Assembly: GCA_965287045.1 (NCBI GenBank)
Contig: OZ336890.1
Location: 19,778,001 to 19,842,000 of the forward strand
Direction: 5' to 3'
DNA from: Carcharhinus amblyrhynchos
Taxonomy: Eukaryota
DNA length: 64,000 bases
The position numbers and the translations under genes are program-made. This document shows positions 40,027 through 52,500 of this stretch, piece after piece; positions within the stretch are counted from its first letter, which is position 1, and each line of letters begins with the position of its first letter. The notes beneath the pieces are model-generated. The model did no database searches. It had not been told where the DNA came from and worked only from the letters and a program-made list of their open reading frames with translations.

Positions 40027-40163
40027 AGCTTTGAAGAAGTGTCATATTGGACTGCAAACGTCGACTCTATCCTCCCTCCACAGATGCTGTCAGACCTGCT
40101 GAGATTTTCCAGCATTTTCTGATTTTACTTCAGATTTCAAGCATTCTCGGTATTTTGCTTTTA
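40027..40163 (+). mobile_element. Family-B Penelope-like terminus with degenerate hammerhead
   Basis: agctttgaagaagtgtcatattggactgcaaacgtcgactc...cagatgctgtcagacctgctgagattttccagcattttc...tattttgctttta. Confidence 0.8.
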
Positions 40164-41473
40164 ACTGAGGGAGGTAAATTCCCATTCCAAGAACGGGGGC
40201 ACAAAGCTAAAACCGACAAACTGAATGAAGAACGCAAACCGATGCGATGTTTGTGGAGATTTCAAGTCAGTAAAGGTGCAACTGTTATCCCAGAAACTGA
40301 TCGAGGCGCTACAGTTAATGGAGTTCTCGGAATATCACCAGATAGCTTGGCCCTGAATCACTGGTGCCCTTATTTATCTGCAAAGAAGTACTCTGTGCTG
40401 ATGTTTCTGCTGGGGAGGGCCCTGAGGAGACATTGCTGAACGCGTGGTGCTTATTACTAAAATAGACTCCAAACAACGGGGTGTTTGTGATACACGCAGC
40501 AAGTTGACAGTAAGCTGAACGGTTTCTATACAGAACTGAACCCATGGGTAGAACTCGGTGGAATTTTTCTCACTGCCTCATTATTACTGAGCAGTTGCCC
40601 ACATAACTGCAGAGCCAACCGTCTCAGCCAACTGGGGGGATTTTCCAGACGCTTGTTTCTGAATAATACCCCCCTCCCCACACACACTCATCTCTTCGCA
40701 CCGCCTCTCCACCACCTCCATCGCAATTTTTCCCCAGAAAGCAGATGCGGGCAGCCCACAAGGATACATGATTATGAGGAATTCCCGCAGTAGTTAACAC
40801 ACTCCCAACGACCGCAACATCTGTTCACTGCACGGAGTCGTGGCTTTTTTTGAGGGAAATTTATACGAACTCTAAGTCGCAGGATACTTCTTGCCAGTTT
40901 CTGACTTGTTAACGGCTTTGACCGGCTCACATTTAGGTGCCCAGTCGAAATACACGGAGAAGCCGAGCAAACTCATTCCGGGTTTCCCGGAGGGAGTGCG
41001 TTCAAAATCACCTAACTAAAGCTGACAAATTGAGACGCCCGGGTTCTCTGAGAGAATAAGCACTAAAATGATAGTGTGTGCCTGCGGTTCATTTATAAAA
41101 CAACGGAGATTGTGCTGGAAAATATCAAATTCACCAGAGAACTGTGTGTGTGTTTATGCGCGTCTGTGAAGAAAGCAGGAGGTCCCCACAGGGAAAGTTT
41201 GCAGGCAAGATGAAGCCAGAATGCACTGTAGGTGCCATAGGAGTGAATTATTACAGGAAGGGGATTGGACTGAAAAAAAAACTCTTGTGGTTGTTGTGTA
41301 ACTTCTTTGGTCAAACGTTGAGAATGTCGTTAAACCACCGAAAGAGAGCCTGACACTGGCATTCGATTTTAAAATGTACTTTTCCAAAAGGAAGTTGATT
41401 CAAAATAATATTTCTGAATGATTACATACACACACACACATACGGTGTGTGATAAACTAACATCAATCATACA

Positions 41474-41619
41474 TTAATAAAAGCAAATTACTGTGGATGC
41501 TGGAATCTGAAACCAAAAGAGAAAATGCTGGAAAATCTCAGCAGGTCTGGCAACATCTGCAGGAGAGGAAAGAGCTGACATTTCGAGTCCAGACGACCCT
41601 TTGTGAAAGCTCAATATGT
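41474..41619 (-). mobile_element. Family-B Penelope-like terminus with TSD
   Basis: The - strand reads agctttcacaaagggtcgtctggactcgaaatgtcagctc...; perfect TSD ATCAATCATACA (41462-41473, 41620-41631). Confidence 0.85.
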
Positions 41620-43051
41620 ATCAATCATACAGTTCTCCAGTAGTTCATATCCATATGCACAATACCATACAAACAACACCCCCCTCACATCAACTATTGA
41701 TCAGTCAAACATTGTGAATTTTCTACAACCTAATCCAACATAATTACATCCGAACTGGTAGAGATGATAGGTCCACTTTTGATGCGTGTCTCTGAGAATC
41801 GGTGGGTGGGCGGAAGTTGGTACTGAGGTCAATAATTCGGACTGCTAGCCAGCTCTTGAACTCGAACCAGTAATCCATTGACTGGGAGTCAATCGCACCT
41901 TCACCTATGTCAAAACGGACATCCCATAGTAGTCCTGGAAAATGGTGAACTCCTTAAAGGGCTGGGAGGGCGGTGGGGCCGGGGCGGGGTGCGGGATAGT
42001 GGTGGAATCTTGCCAATTGGTGTATTTTCAGAATCATTTTCCAAACTACAATTTCGTTTGGATTTTTTTTCTAGCTCAGAGTGGATTCAACACTGGAAAA
42101 GTCAGCCAGGAATGATTGAAGTTGGCAGAGTGAACACTGCAATGTGGAAACACCAGCCAGTGCAACGTTTCTTCTTTAATGAGTGCAATTACTGTGTGCA
42201 ATAAGACTCAATAACCCGTCTCAACCTCCCAAACCGAGTGACATTTCCAATATCCATTACACAAACACCTATTTTAAGCTAGCAAACAAAGATCATTTGA
42301 TATTATTTCACGTTGGTTAATGGTTCCGGAATGATGTATTACTGGGTGAAGAGTTTGAATCAAAGTGTAAATAAAGCTATGGTGCAGATCATCAATGATC
42401 TAATTATATGGCAGGGCAGGTTCGACGGACTGGAAAAAAAAACACTCTTGTGCTTATGACCTTATTTCTTCAAAACTGTAAACATTCATGTTCAAACTGG
42501 CAATGAAGATGAAACATCGTTTTAACGTGTGGCAGGTTGGGCGTGAGGTCAGGGGGAAAATTGCTGGGTTAAATGTATTGCAATGTAAAGTCACTCTGGA
42601 ACCAAAACCATGAATTGATTGTAAATCAGCTGCACCCACTGCCTTAAGTTTTTCTACACTGATGGTCTACTCCTGCTCCTATGCTGCCGCTTTTGGGCCC
42701 ATGTAAGTTCAATATAAAGATTGGTCTCGAAATGCCCGAGGTGCCAACTCACTGCTGATAAAAAAAATTGCGTTTTGTATGAAGATTTTGCAGATCCTTA
42801 GTTTCAATATGCATTGTTCAATTTCCTCCTGATCCCATTAATGCAATGTAAACAATCATCCATGACTATGCTAAGGGACAATACACTGAGTTGGAACATT
42901 GACTTTTCATATTACCAACTGGATTTGAAGCTGATGTCAATGAATGGAGTGGCATCTCTCTGCCAAATGCGAGAGTCTTGAGTAAAATTGTACTAGACAG
43001 TCCAATTCAGTGCCGAATGGGCAAGTAACTGACAATACCATTTAACTACTT

Positions 43052-43425
43052 AAGAACACAAGAACATAGAACTAGGAGCAGGAGTAGGCCATCTGGCCCC
43101 TCGATCCTGCCCCACTATTCAATAAGATCCTGGCTGATCTTTTCATGGACTCATCTCCATTTACCCACTCGCTCACCATAACCCTTAATTCCTTTGCTGT
43201 TCAAAATTTTATCTATCTTTGCCTTAAAAACATTCAATGAGGTAGCCTCAACTGCTTCACTGGACAGGGAATTCCACAGATTCACAACCTTTTGGGTGAA
43301 GAAGTTCCTCCTCAACTCAGTCCTAAATCTGCATCCCCTTAGTTTGAGGCTGTGCCCTCTAGTTCTAGTTTCACCTGCCAGTGGAAACAATTTCCTTGCT
43401 TTTATCCTATCTCTTCCCTTCAAAT
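43052..43425 (-). mobile_element. CR1 LINE 3' end (second subfamily)
   Basis: ORF 43151..43423(-) TRTRGHSLKLRGCRFRTELRRNFFTQKVVNLWNSL; tail at 43052-43070. Confidence 0.9.
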
Positions 43426-43689
43426 TGTATTGACAATCTAGATGACAGAAATGATAGATATAGTTTTAGATGAGGATTGTTGATCAAAGCTCATGATTGG
43501 TTAATTAGGAATGTGTGCGGTTTACATCCAGGGTGAGGGTAAAGGAACAATGCAAAAGGAACCCTACTAGGAAAATAGTTGACAGTACACCTAACGTTAC
43601 ATTTTCATGTTTGTTTACTCATCTGTAACTTCAAGTTTCTAATTAAATATTTCCATTGCTGTGAAGAAAATGGAGCTAACATAGAGTTA

Positions 43690-44232
43690 GTGGTGAAAAG
43701 TTGTCAGGGGTAGGCAAGAATGTGGAGTTGAGATTAAAATTAGATCAGCCATGATCTTATTGAATAACGGAGCAGGCTCAAGGGGCCGAATGGCCTGCTC
43801 CTGCTCCGAATCCGTATGTTCGTTGTCCTTCAGAGGACTATAGTCACAGTCCCTGTGAGTTTCTATCACCTTAAACTAAACTGTTGTACAAGTTCTCCAT
43901 GTATGAATGGAATGCAATACAATGCTGATGATAGGAGCCCGAATCTCCCTTATGTCCAGCATGCAGTCTAAAGCATTCCCATTTCGATCCAGCTGTAGAT
44001 TTATATTTATATGAACTTGGGTCATGCAAATGGTCAGAGACAGACGAATAACTATCAAACTATGACTATAAAGGGTGGTGGAGGCAAGAACCTTCGCAAC
44101 ATTCAAGTATTTAGATGAGCATTTGAAGCACCACAGCACAGAAGGTTAAGGGCAAAGTGCTGGAAAACGGAATTAGAACAGATGGTGGCCCACGCGGGCA
44201 CGATAGGCCGAATTGCCTCCTTTTCCTGCTGT
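43690..44232 (+). mobile_element. Two CR1 3'-tip fragments (~43690-43825, ~44070-44232)
   Basis: agatcagccatgatcttattgaataacggagcaggctcaaggggccgaatggcct; gggtggtggaggcaagaaccttcgcaacattcaagtatttagatgagca. Confidence 0.7.
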
Positions 44233-47200
44233 AAAACTCCATGGCTCTCGTAACATGGTGAACCACAAGTATTAAACAATCACAAAGATAAACCTACTCA
44301 AACTTTAGCTGCATGCTTTATTCCATTAACCTCTGATCTGAGTTAACCTTGCCTTTGTCATGCTATGTTTTCTTAAGAAAACAAAACAACTTTAGTAAAC
44401 CGAATTCTAGTTTTGATGAATCATATCGCTGCATCCTATCTATGCATCTTCACTGCAGGACTATAAGGACCAGCCCATCCTGAACCACGGATTCTACAGA
44501 GATGCCATCAGCACAGTGAACTGTTTCAGAAACAAAACTGACAACATAATCTGGGGTCACAAAGAGGCATCTGCCCTCTGCAAGGATTGATAGCGAATTC
44601 CCTACATTTGTTACTTAGTGACAAAACTGATTTTTTTTAAACGACCACAGCATAATTGGAGTGCTAATGGATAGGGACTTGAAACGTAGAAAAAAAACCC
44701 ATTCAACCAAATGTTTAATCTTGAACTTCTTTACCCTTTCCATAAGCGAACATCCTATAAGAAATTAGTAACTTTTCAACCGTAAAGGATCTCAAAATAT
44801 GCCGATTATGCCATACACGAGGCTCCAAAGAGGATCAGCGCCCAGACGTGTAACCTAAACGCTTCATCTGTTCCACACGTGTTAGCAATCCAACAGCCAA
44901 GGCTGATCTAAAAACTCTATCTCCTCACAAGCAGCATGGATGGATGGAGATTAATATTGATGGTTTCAATGTTAGTGTAATGAGTTTAGTAACTTAGCCA
45001 GGAGCTTTAGCTGCTGCTTAGGAATGGTTTCCTACATTTCACTGTTGAAAACGGAGTCAGGTAATTTGTCAGCTCCCTACATACTTCCTAACAGATAGTC
45101 TTACGCTCTCCTATTTATAGGAAATTGGGGGATGGGTATTTCAGCATCAGGAACGACTAATCAGCCTGTTTTTAAACCCTGTTATTAACGGACCGCCCAG
45201 GGGGACTCAGACCTTTTCTGAAAATAACTACCATGTATCATGTTCAGAGTTTAATTTGTTTGTTGTTTTCGAAAGAATTTCTAAAAGGTGCACCCAACAC
45301 ACAAGCTCCACAGCTTCAAAGGCCGCGCCAGTGTCTCTAATTCCAAACATTATACCAGAATCTGATGCTTAAAGGTTGGAAAGACTCACAGAACTGCAAC
45401 CACGGATTAAGCATGGGAAAGTTACCCAAGTGAATTCATTTGGAAGCGTCGCGATTCTTCGGAATTAAATGAGTTAAATTCAATCTAACCTACACATATA
45501 TCACCCAGTGCATGTTTACTCAAGGTGTCTAGGAGGAAAAAAAGAAAGTCTAGATTTGATCACAATATTACATTCATACGCTATACTTACTGCCACGCCC
45601 AATAGCAATAGCAACAAAACAATAAACGCAATGTACTTTAACTAAGGGAGGATGCACTGAACAAAGCAGTGAAAATGTCCGGAAATAGCACGTTACAACA
45701 CACGCAGGGAGGTCAATGAATGGTAACACACAAGTGCGTTCAAGATTGTTATGTATTTGATTGTTACAAACGAATGTCCAAGTTGTTCCTGGAGAATCAC
45801 CCTGAGAAATGCATTGCATCCCCACAGCGTTATTCAAACCACGTACATGCCGTCAAAGTTATATACCCGCTTTAAATGTACGAAAGGTGATGAATATCCA
45901 CTTTCAGATTAACGGGAACTATTCTGGACCGTAATAAATTCCTAGTCTAATAATAACTCATTCTCAGCTCTTAACAGTCAACAGCATGCAATGTTATTAC
46001 TGATGGACCAATCCTCCAAACTCTTGGAGAGCGAAACAAATTTGTGAATCAATATGTTGGATAACCGTAACCGGACTGTTCTAAATTAACGGCAGGTGGC
46101 AACAATACTTAAGACAAGAATGCTTGATAAGTGCATTCGGGTATCGACTGACTTAAACATACCGTCAAGTTTTTGACTTAACCTTTTGAAACCTTTGATT
46201 GTATGTTCTAGGGGGTTCAACCGATTATTATTTTTTTCCAACGCCCTTTGTTACACTACTGATGTCTAGTGTGATAACTGAGTCACCCAAAGTTTAAACC
46301 CGGCAATCTTCTGCTCAGGTAACAGCTGCACTAACTGTATCATCGGCATCAGAGGCCTCTGCGGTTTCAAAGGCTTGTCTTCTTCGCTCACCCATAGCGC
46401 CATCTATTACCACGAATGAAAGTTTATACGAGAAGAACACTCATGTTATAAGTAGGTAATGCAGATAAAGGTTCGTGGGGTATGGCTTGAGTCTTATCCA
46501 AGGGTGACATCAATATATCAGATCAATTCCCATTTACTACGGTATTCCTGAAGCAGCAAAATAGAACATTGCTCAATATTGTGTGCCCACTCCTCAATTT
46601 AATCTAATCACAGAGCCATCTTTCACACGTTACACTTCTTTATTCTCGAAGATCATTTTAAATATCTGTTCTTAAAATGTCCTGCGGTATATTTTAATTC
46701 GGATTCAGTTGCAAAATAAATGATTGGACAAGCGAAGTCAATAAATTGATAGACCATCGTTCATTCGAATGGTGATTATATCAATGAATAGCAATTGATG
46801 CAACGTTTATACAACTTTATTTTCCATTTACAATTCATTTAGAAGCAATATTCGCTACCGACACATTAAGTAGCTGCTGTTGCAGGAATGTTACTGATAA
46901 CACCAAACGTGTAACTTTTGCAAACGCTGAGCAGAAGCTACGAGATATTAATGAAATGCAAGGCATCATATTTCACAGAAATAGATTTCTCATTGCAAGA
47001 GCCTACTTTCCCCGGCTTTGTTTACTGTCAGATACGCTGATGTTGCAAATTGTCGTGGATGTGGTAATTAATTAGGCACGTTGTCGTTGTGAACGTTTTA
47101 ACTTGACTGCACAATGAGGAGACTATCGATCGCATTGTAGGGGCGGGTTAGAAATATTAAGACAGCGTTAGAGTATAAAAACTATTATGTTTATCGTATC

Positions 47201-47599
47201 GTTTTACAGTACGCTGTCATACCAACAGTGCCCTTTTCCAGTTATGTTTTATAGTACATCACACACCTGGACTACACATAAACAATTGGGTGGCTTGCTC
47301 AGTCAGTTTATAGGCGTTTACAAATAAATATTGTTCTTTTACAAAGATGGCTATGTGAAGCAGCAATAGCCAATATTATATGGAAAAACGAAATACAAAA
47401 TATTCTACAATAATAATATTATTCTGGATGCTGCAATAATGTAGAGGGTCAGCAAATTGTTCCCGCGTTTTAACATTGGCACCGACACCACCGGCACCTT
47501 TTGCTGGCCAAAGGGCATCATTTGGTGATTGATTTCCATTTACCAAGCAGCGCTGCCGGCTCAATGACAGCCCCAACAAAATGGATCCTGCTGGCTATT

Positions 47600-47961
47600 C
47601 ACCTCCTTCACATCCCACATCACTTCCTGAATGGCGAACCCCTCCCCCCGCGGGCGCTGCTCCACCAATCAGCTCCGGAGGCAACGTCAGCCTTACTCTA
47701 CCCTCCTCCTTCCCAGCCAATCAGCCAAACCCAACCCCGCCTCCCCCCTAGCAACCCCTGCTGGTTACTAGGTGAAGGTGGGGGAGGGAGTTGTAGCACA
47801 AGTCGGAGCGGAGAGTGGTCAGGACGTCAGCGGGGGTGGGAGTATTATGGGCTGGCAGCGAGGCTCCAGCTGAAGGGAAGCTCCAGCGTTTCCAGTGCTG
47901 CGTTCGGGAAGGCAGCGAGAGAGAGAGAGAGAGAGGGAGGGAGAGAGAGAGAGGGAACATC
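47600..47961 (+). promoter_or_regulatory. CBX8 proximal promoter / 5' UTR
   Basis: GC-rich; CCAAT boxes at 47665-47669 and 47717-47721; CCCCGCCTCCCC GC box at ~47735-47746; GACGTCA at 47823-47829; GA-rich tract at ~47916-47953 just before the ATG. The TSS cannot be determined from sequence. Confidence 0.7.
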
Positions 47962-48030
47962 ATGGAGCTGTCGGCCGTGGGAGAGAGGGTTTTCGCGGCC
48001 GAATCTCTCCTCAAGCGACGCATCAGGAAA
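47962..48030 (+). CDS. CBX8: CBX8 coding exon 1 (69 nt)
   Basis: ATG in strong context (atcATGG); encodes [23 protein letters not shown]; donor GTATGT at 48031. Confidence 0.96.
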
Positions 48031-49571
48031 GTATGTGAGCCTACCCGCCCTCTGTCCGCAGACCAACTCTGCCATTTCCAACCCAGGCAGCTTTTAAACC
48101 ATGTTTTAATGACAGGTTTGTTGTGTTTTTTTTCCCTCCTCCTCCCCCCAACCACCACCATCTCCTTCCTAGGGTCGAGTCGAATACCTGGTGAAATGGA
48201 AGGGCTGGTCTCCTAAGTAAGTATCAGCATTGCGGGGGCTTTACAACTCGCAAGAAGCGCGCATTGCATTGAGATGTCTGCTTATTTATCTCTTAAATCG
48301 CCTTTTAAGGTACAGTACGTGGGAGCCAGAAGAAAATATCCTGGACGCCCGTCTGATTTCAGCCTTTGACGAAAGGTGAAGGCCTTTGAGTGACATTAAG
48401 ATAAAACAAAATCTCTATAACTGGTTCTGCAATTATTTCAGAGATTTCTTCAAACGCTTGTTAAAGCCACAATATCCACGTCTTCTTGTTGTCTTCCAGA
48501 GAACGAGAAAGGGAAATGTACGGGCCAAAAAAACGTGGACCTAAACCTAAAACGTTTTTACTGAAGGTAAATGCTTTAAAATCAGATTGAGTGTAACTCT
48601 TTATTCTGAATACACATTTCCCTTCCCTTTAATCACACACACACACACAAAAACACAACTAGTACTTGTGCTCTTCTCTCCTGCAGGCGAAAGCAAAGAC
48701 ATATGCCTTCCGCAGTGATGTAGCCCGGGGACTGAGGATGCCCTACCCGGGCAGGTCTGCTCAGGAATCCGCCTTCTCTTCCACCAGGTCCAGGGAAGGA
48801 CTCCGGAGAGACCCGTCGGCAGCATCCCTGCAGCACGGCAGCCTCCCCCGGGGAGAGACGTCTAAAGAGAGGGGTGCCCGGGTGGAGGAAATCCCCAGGG
48901 CCCATCAGAAATCGGGCTCTCACAAGCACCGGAAAAAGGGGCCGAAGGCCGGCAAGTTGGACTACAAGGACGGGCAGGCTGTACGCGCGGGCTCCCTGAA
49001 AAGGAGCAGCCCGGATGAGGTGGAGGCAAGGACACCCACGTACCCTCATTTTAAACGCAGGAAATCCGAGGAGCTGGACTCGGGGAGTGATGAACTGGAG
49101 GAGAAGGTGGAGAGCGGACTCATCCACTTGCCCGGGAGGCAGGAGGCGAAGCTGGGCAGTGCTGTGCCCAGTCACGCCTCTCCCAGGACTCAGATCCATC
49201 GCCCTTCCCTGGACTACGGGGTGAATAAATACAGTTCAGACTCGCACAGCCTTCGGACTAAGCCGGGCGTGGAAAGCGTCACCTCCAAGAGTGAAACGGG
49301 GCCGGACACCTCAGTACTTAAAAGTAAGCACGCTTCAGAGGGGGCGGTGTCCCGGAATAGTGTGTGTGTGGCCGCTGACAGGCCGGTTTCTAAGTCCCCT
49401 CTGTTGGCCAGGCACCAAGTCTCCCGGTTTCTGGCAGAACCAGAGGAATCCTGGAGCCCATCACTGAACAATCTGGAGAAAGTGGTGGTTACGGACGTCA
49501 CGTCAAACTTTCTGACTGTCACCATTAAAGAGAGCAGCACAGATGAAGGATTCTTCAAAGAAAAAGTTTAA
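47962..49571 (+). CDS. CBX8: Chromobox protein homolog 8 (Polycomb PRC1 subunit); spliced CDS join(47962..48030,48173..48216,48310..48375,48500..48566,48687..49571), 376 aa
   Basis: The spliced translation begins [106 protein letters not shown] (chromodomain, AT-hook-like motif, CBX8-specific linker). It ends [41 protein letters not shown] (Pc box). All four introns are GT..AG with consistent phases; 1131 nt total. Confidence 0.96.
48173..48216 (+). CDS. CBX8: CBX8 coding exon 2 (44 nt)
   Basis: Polypyrimidine tract and TAG acceptor ending 48172; encodes [14 protein letters not shown](K); donor GTAAGT at 48217. Confidence 0.96.
48310..48375 (+). CDS. CBX8: CBX8 coding exon 3 (66 nt)
   Basis: Acceptor ttttaAG ending 48309; encodes [21 protein letters not shown](R); donor GT at 48376. 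Confidence 0.95.
48500..48566 (+). CDS. CBX8: CBX8 coding exon 4 (67 nt)
   Basis: Acceptor ttcCAG ending 48499; encodes [22 protein letters not shown]; donor GTAAAT at 48567. Confidence 0.95.
48687..49571 (+). CDS. CBX8: CBX8 coding exon 5 (885 nt incl. stop; linker and Pc box)
   Basis: Acceptor ctctcctgCAG ending 48686; frame of ORF 48666..49571; C-terminal Pc box; TAA at 49569-49571. Confidence 0.96.
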   Translation, partial: AKAKTYAFRSDVARGLRMPYPGRSAQESAFSSTRSREGLRRDPSAASLQHGSLPRGETSKERGARVEEIPRAHQKSGSHKHRKKGPKAGKLDYKDGQAVRAGSLKRSSPDEVEARTPTYPHFKRRKSEELDSGSDELEEKVESGLIHLPGRQEAKLGSAVPSHASPRTQIHRPSLDYGVNKYSSDSHSLRTKPGVESVTSKSETGPDTSVLKSKHASEGAVSRNSVCVAADRPVSKSPLLARHQVSRFLAEPEESWSPSLNNLEKVVVTDVTSNFLTVTIKESSTDEGFFKEKV

Positions 49572-52500
49572 AAAAAGCAAACCAACCTTCTTTGACAATA
49601 CGGATGGGAGGGCGTTGATCGTTATTAGTACTTGACAGTCACAACAGACTCGTGGCTGGAAGATAAATGGTGTTTTTTTTCTGAGTTGTATATAGTTTCC
49701 TGGAACAGGTCAAATCTGACATAGGATCAGCTTATTTGTCATGCTCAGTAATGAAGTACCCATTTTTCTTAGGCCCATGTTGTGAGTTGTATGTCAGATG
49801 CAGTTAGCTAAAACTGTACTAAACACATCAAGGGGTTAATAACGCCAAAATGGTTAATGTTTTCACGTTTGCCTTTGCCCGGGTAAAGGTTGAGGAGTTG
49901 GTTGATGAGATGGCAGTGAGTGCTCTGAATTGCCCGCCTCATCAACCTGCCAGGCAATGTAGCCCACCCATGGACATGATGCTAGTATTGTTAATTTGCT
50001 TCGATTCATTTGTAGATACAATCGCAGGATGCTTTGTCCCAGCACATCATCTAGATTAGGGCGAAAGTCATAACAGTAAATAGCTTCAGAAATGAGTACA
50101 AATATTAAGTTGACTTTTGCTTTCAGTGGCCGGACTCTTGACTCCTTTGCCATTACATTTTTTCTCTTATCTAAATGCAATATGTGTTTTGAATATACAA
50201 TGCCAATTGCACTTTCTATTATTTCTGTAAAATATAAACAAAATAGTTGTTACTGAGCGAGGTGCTGTATTTCGTATTTCCTGTGCTAAATGTCGGCTTA
50301 TATAGCTAAGTTATTTATCCATGTGCACACAGGGATTCCTCCCATGATGCAATGATTTTTGAGACATGTTGTGAGGATAACAACATTGCTTACAAATAGT
50401 TTCAGCCAACCCCCCCCCCCGTATCTGTTAAAACTCCTGACTACTTCTGAAGGGAATTGCTCCCCCTGTACTGTCTCCTCCACTTTTGCACCAGGGTCTC
50501 TTTGTGTGGGACACCTCTTAGATATACACCACATGTATGAAGTAAACTGAACATATTTGACATTAGCCGAGTCCAATGCCTTACAGTACATCCGAAATTG
50601 GTGCCAGGCTTTTATATATATATATGGGGAGAGGTATGGGCAGATTTTGTTTGGCAAATGACCAGTAAATGTACATGTCTGTGCTAGAACATTCAAATTG
50701 CAGATTGACTGGTTAGATTTCTGTTTTTGTTGATAGATTACCACAGTAGATTTGCCCCTTAACCCATTTGACTTTACCATTGAAAGCAGGGATAACAACT
50801 CTTCAGGTTAACGTTGCTGTGAATGCATTATGTCAACCATTAAGTGGTGAGATCACTAGTTTATTTTAAGTAAGTCAGACCAAGAAAGAGGAAATGACAT
50901 CAAAATGAATTCTTTAGGAAAAAACCTGTTGTCATCATACTTCATGCTCTTGTTGTAGCCTTATCACTAATGCTGAATGATGGTTTATAGGGGTTGAGGC
51001 ATTTTGACTGACGTCTGTATTGTGTTCTTTTAACAAACCAACCCCTTCCATTTTCCAGCAATGTTTTCGACCAAATGAAAGTGTACTATTGGTTCCATGT
51101 CTCCCGATCTTAGAAAATAAATTGCACATGAGCTGCTCCTGGATTGGGAAATCCATTGTGCTAAGTTTGCTCCCAGGTGTATACAGATGTGCTTCAACGT
51201 GTGAGCGAAAAAATAACCCCATGGGATGTCAGATGACAGCAGCACGTTTCCAATTTGAAATTTGCTTGCTGCTTTCGGATCAAATCTTTTCATTGCTTCC
51301 CACTGTAACATTGTCTGGCCCATGCACCGCACACAACGTCTATTTAATGGTTTAAATATGTGGGCCAACAGGCTGAAATCCGAGTTGTTGGGTGAATCTT
51401 AACGCAGGTGGTGGAAAGAAAAGAGCGGTCCTGTTGTCAGAATGCCATCTTTGATTAAACTGCTGATTTTTTAAAAAATTCGATCATAGAATTAACCCCA
51501 TGACCGAGCTTCGTGATGCAAGCAGTTGTCATAAAATTGATCCAATCACTTTTATAATGGGGTCGTTTAAGGAAAAACGCAAACTTGGAAAAGTGTCCCA
51601 GTTTTATATAATCCAATGTGGTACCATTGTTGGACTACAGGGCTTGGAACATTCTTTAACGCAGGGCTACGACTCCAGTGCCCGATTATTTAGATTAAAG
51701 AAACCGGTATTCGTGCTTTAAGGCCATTCTCTATGAATTTAGGATCTTTGAAGTGTTGAGACTTTGCATACACCACGTTCATGCAGTTGACGCCACCTAT
51801 GACTCTGCCATATGTAGGCGGTTATTTACCTTTGAGAATGATTGCTGAAGGTCAGGCACTGCTGGAAGAGAATTGCGTTTGATACGATGCACACATTTAC
51901 CAAAACGATTGACCAAAGGAAATGTGTTAGTTCTAATTATGGTAGTGGACCCGTAATTGTGACTAATGATACGACGTTAATGGGGACGGTTATATTCTTC
52001 AAAGTGATTGATGTTTATGGGTGAATATTTACCGTCTATGTTTTTCTAGCATTGGAGAATAAACAAAAGAAGACAATACACACATCTGCAAGTTGTGTAA
52101 ACTAAAATCCCTTGGTGCACTTACATGCTGATTGAATTCAAAGGACGCGTTACATTTGAAATAAGAGTACACTAGATCGTGTGTTAAACTGATCTATTGT
52201 ACGTTGAATGTTTTGACTATTAAAACTTGAAGAGACCGCGCCTGTTGCTGAATGTAATGTATATTAGTGTGTACAGGCCGTGTCACTGGGATACTCAGTA
52301 TTGTCAGATGTTGAATTTTTTTTCGGAACTTGTACAATATATATCATGTTTGCAAGAAACTGTTGCCATAAAAGGTTTGAGTGGGTTGGCCTCCGAAGCG
52401 AAGCAGACATTGAATTTCAGTTTACAGGTGGCATTTAAACTTTATTATGAGCAAGACCTTTGGCGCTTGGGGAAATGATTGCCCATATGAGAAAAATTAC

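Noticed and set aside
47501-48161. ORFs 47501..48097(+), 47748..48161(-) and 47845..48081(-)
   Set aside because: Stop-poor frames over a GC-rich promoter and GA repeat overlapping CBX8 exon 1; no recognisable domain.
48633-49558. Antisense ORFs 48633..49199 and 49214..49558
   Set aside because: Shadow frames of the GC-rich CBX8 exon 5.
47962-49571. Alternative identity as CBX6, CBX7, CBX4 or CBX2
   Set aside because: [20 protein letters not shown] after the AT-hook-like motif and [36 protein letters not shown] are characteristic of CBX8; CBX6 shares only the N-terminal part.
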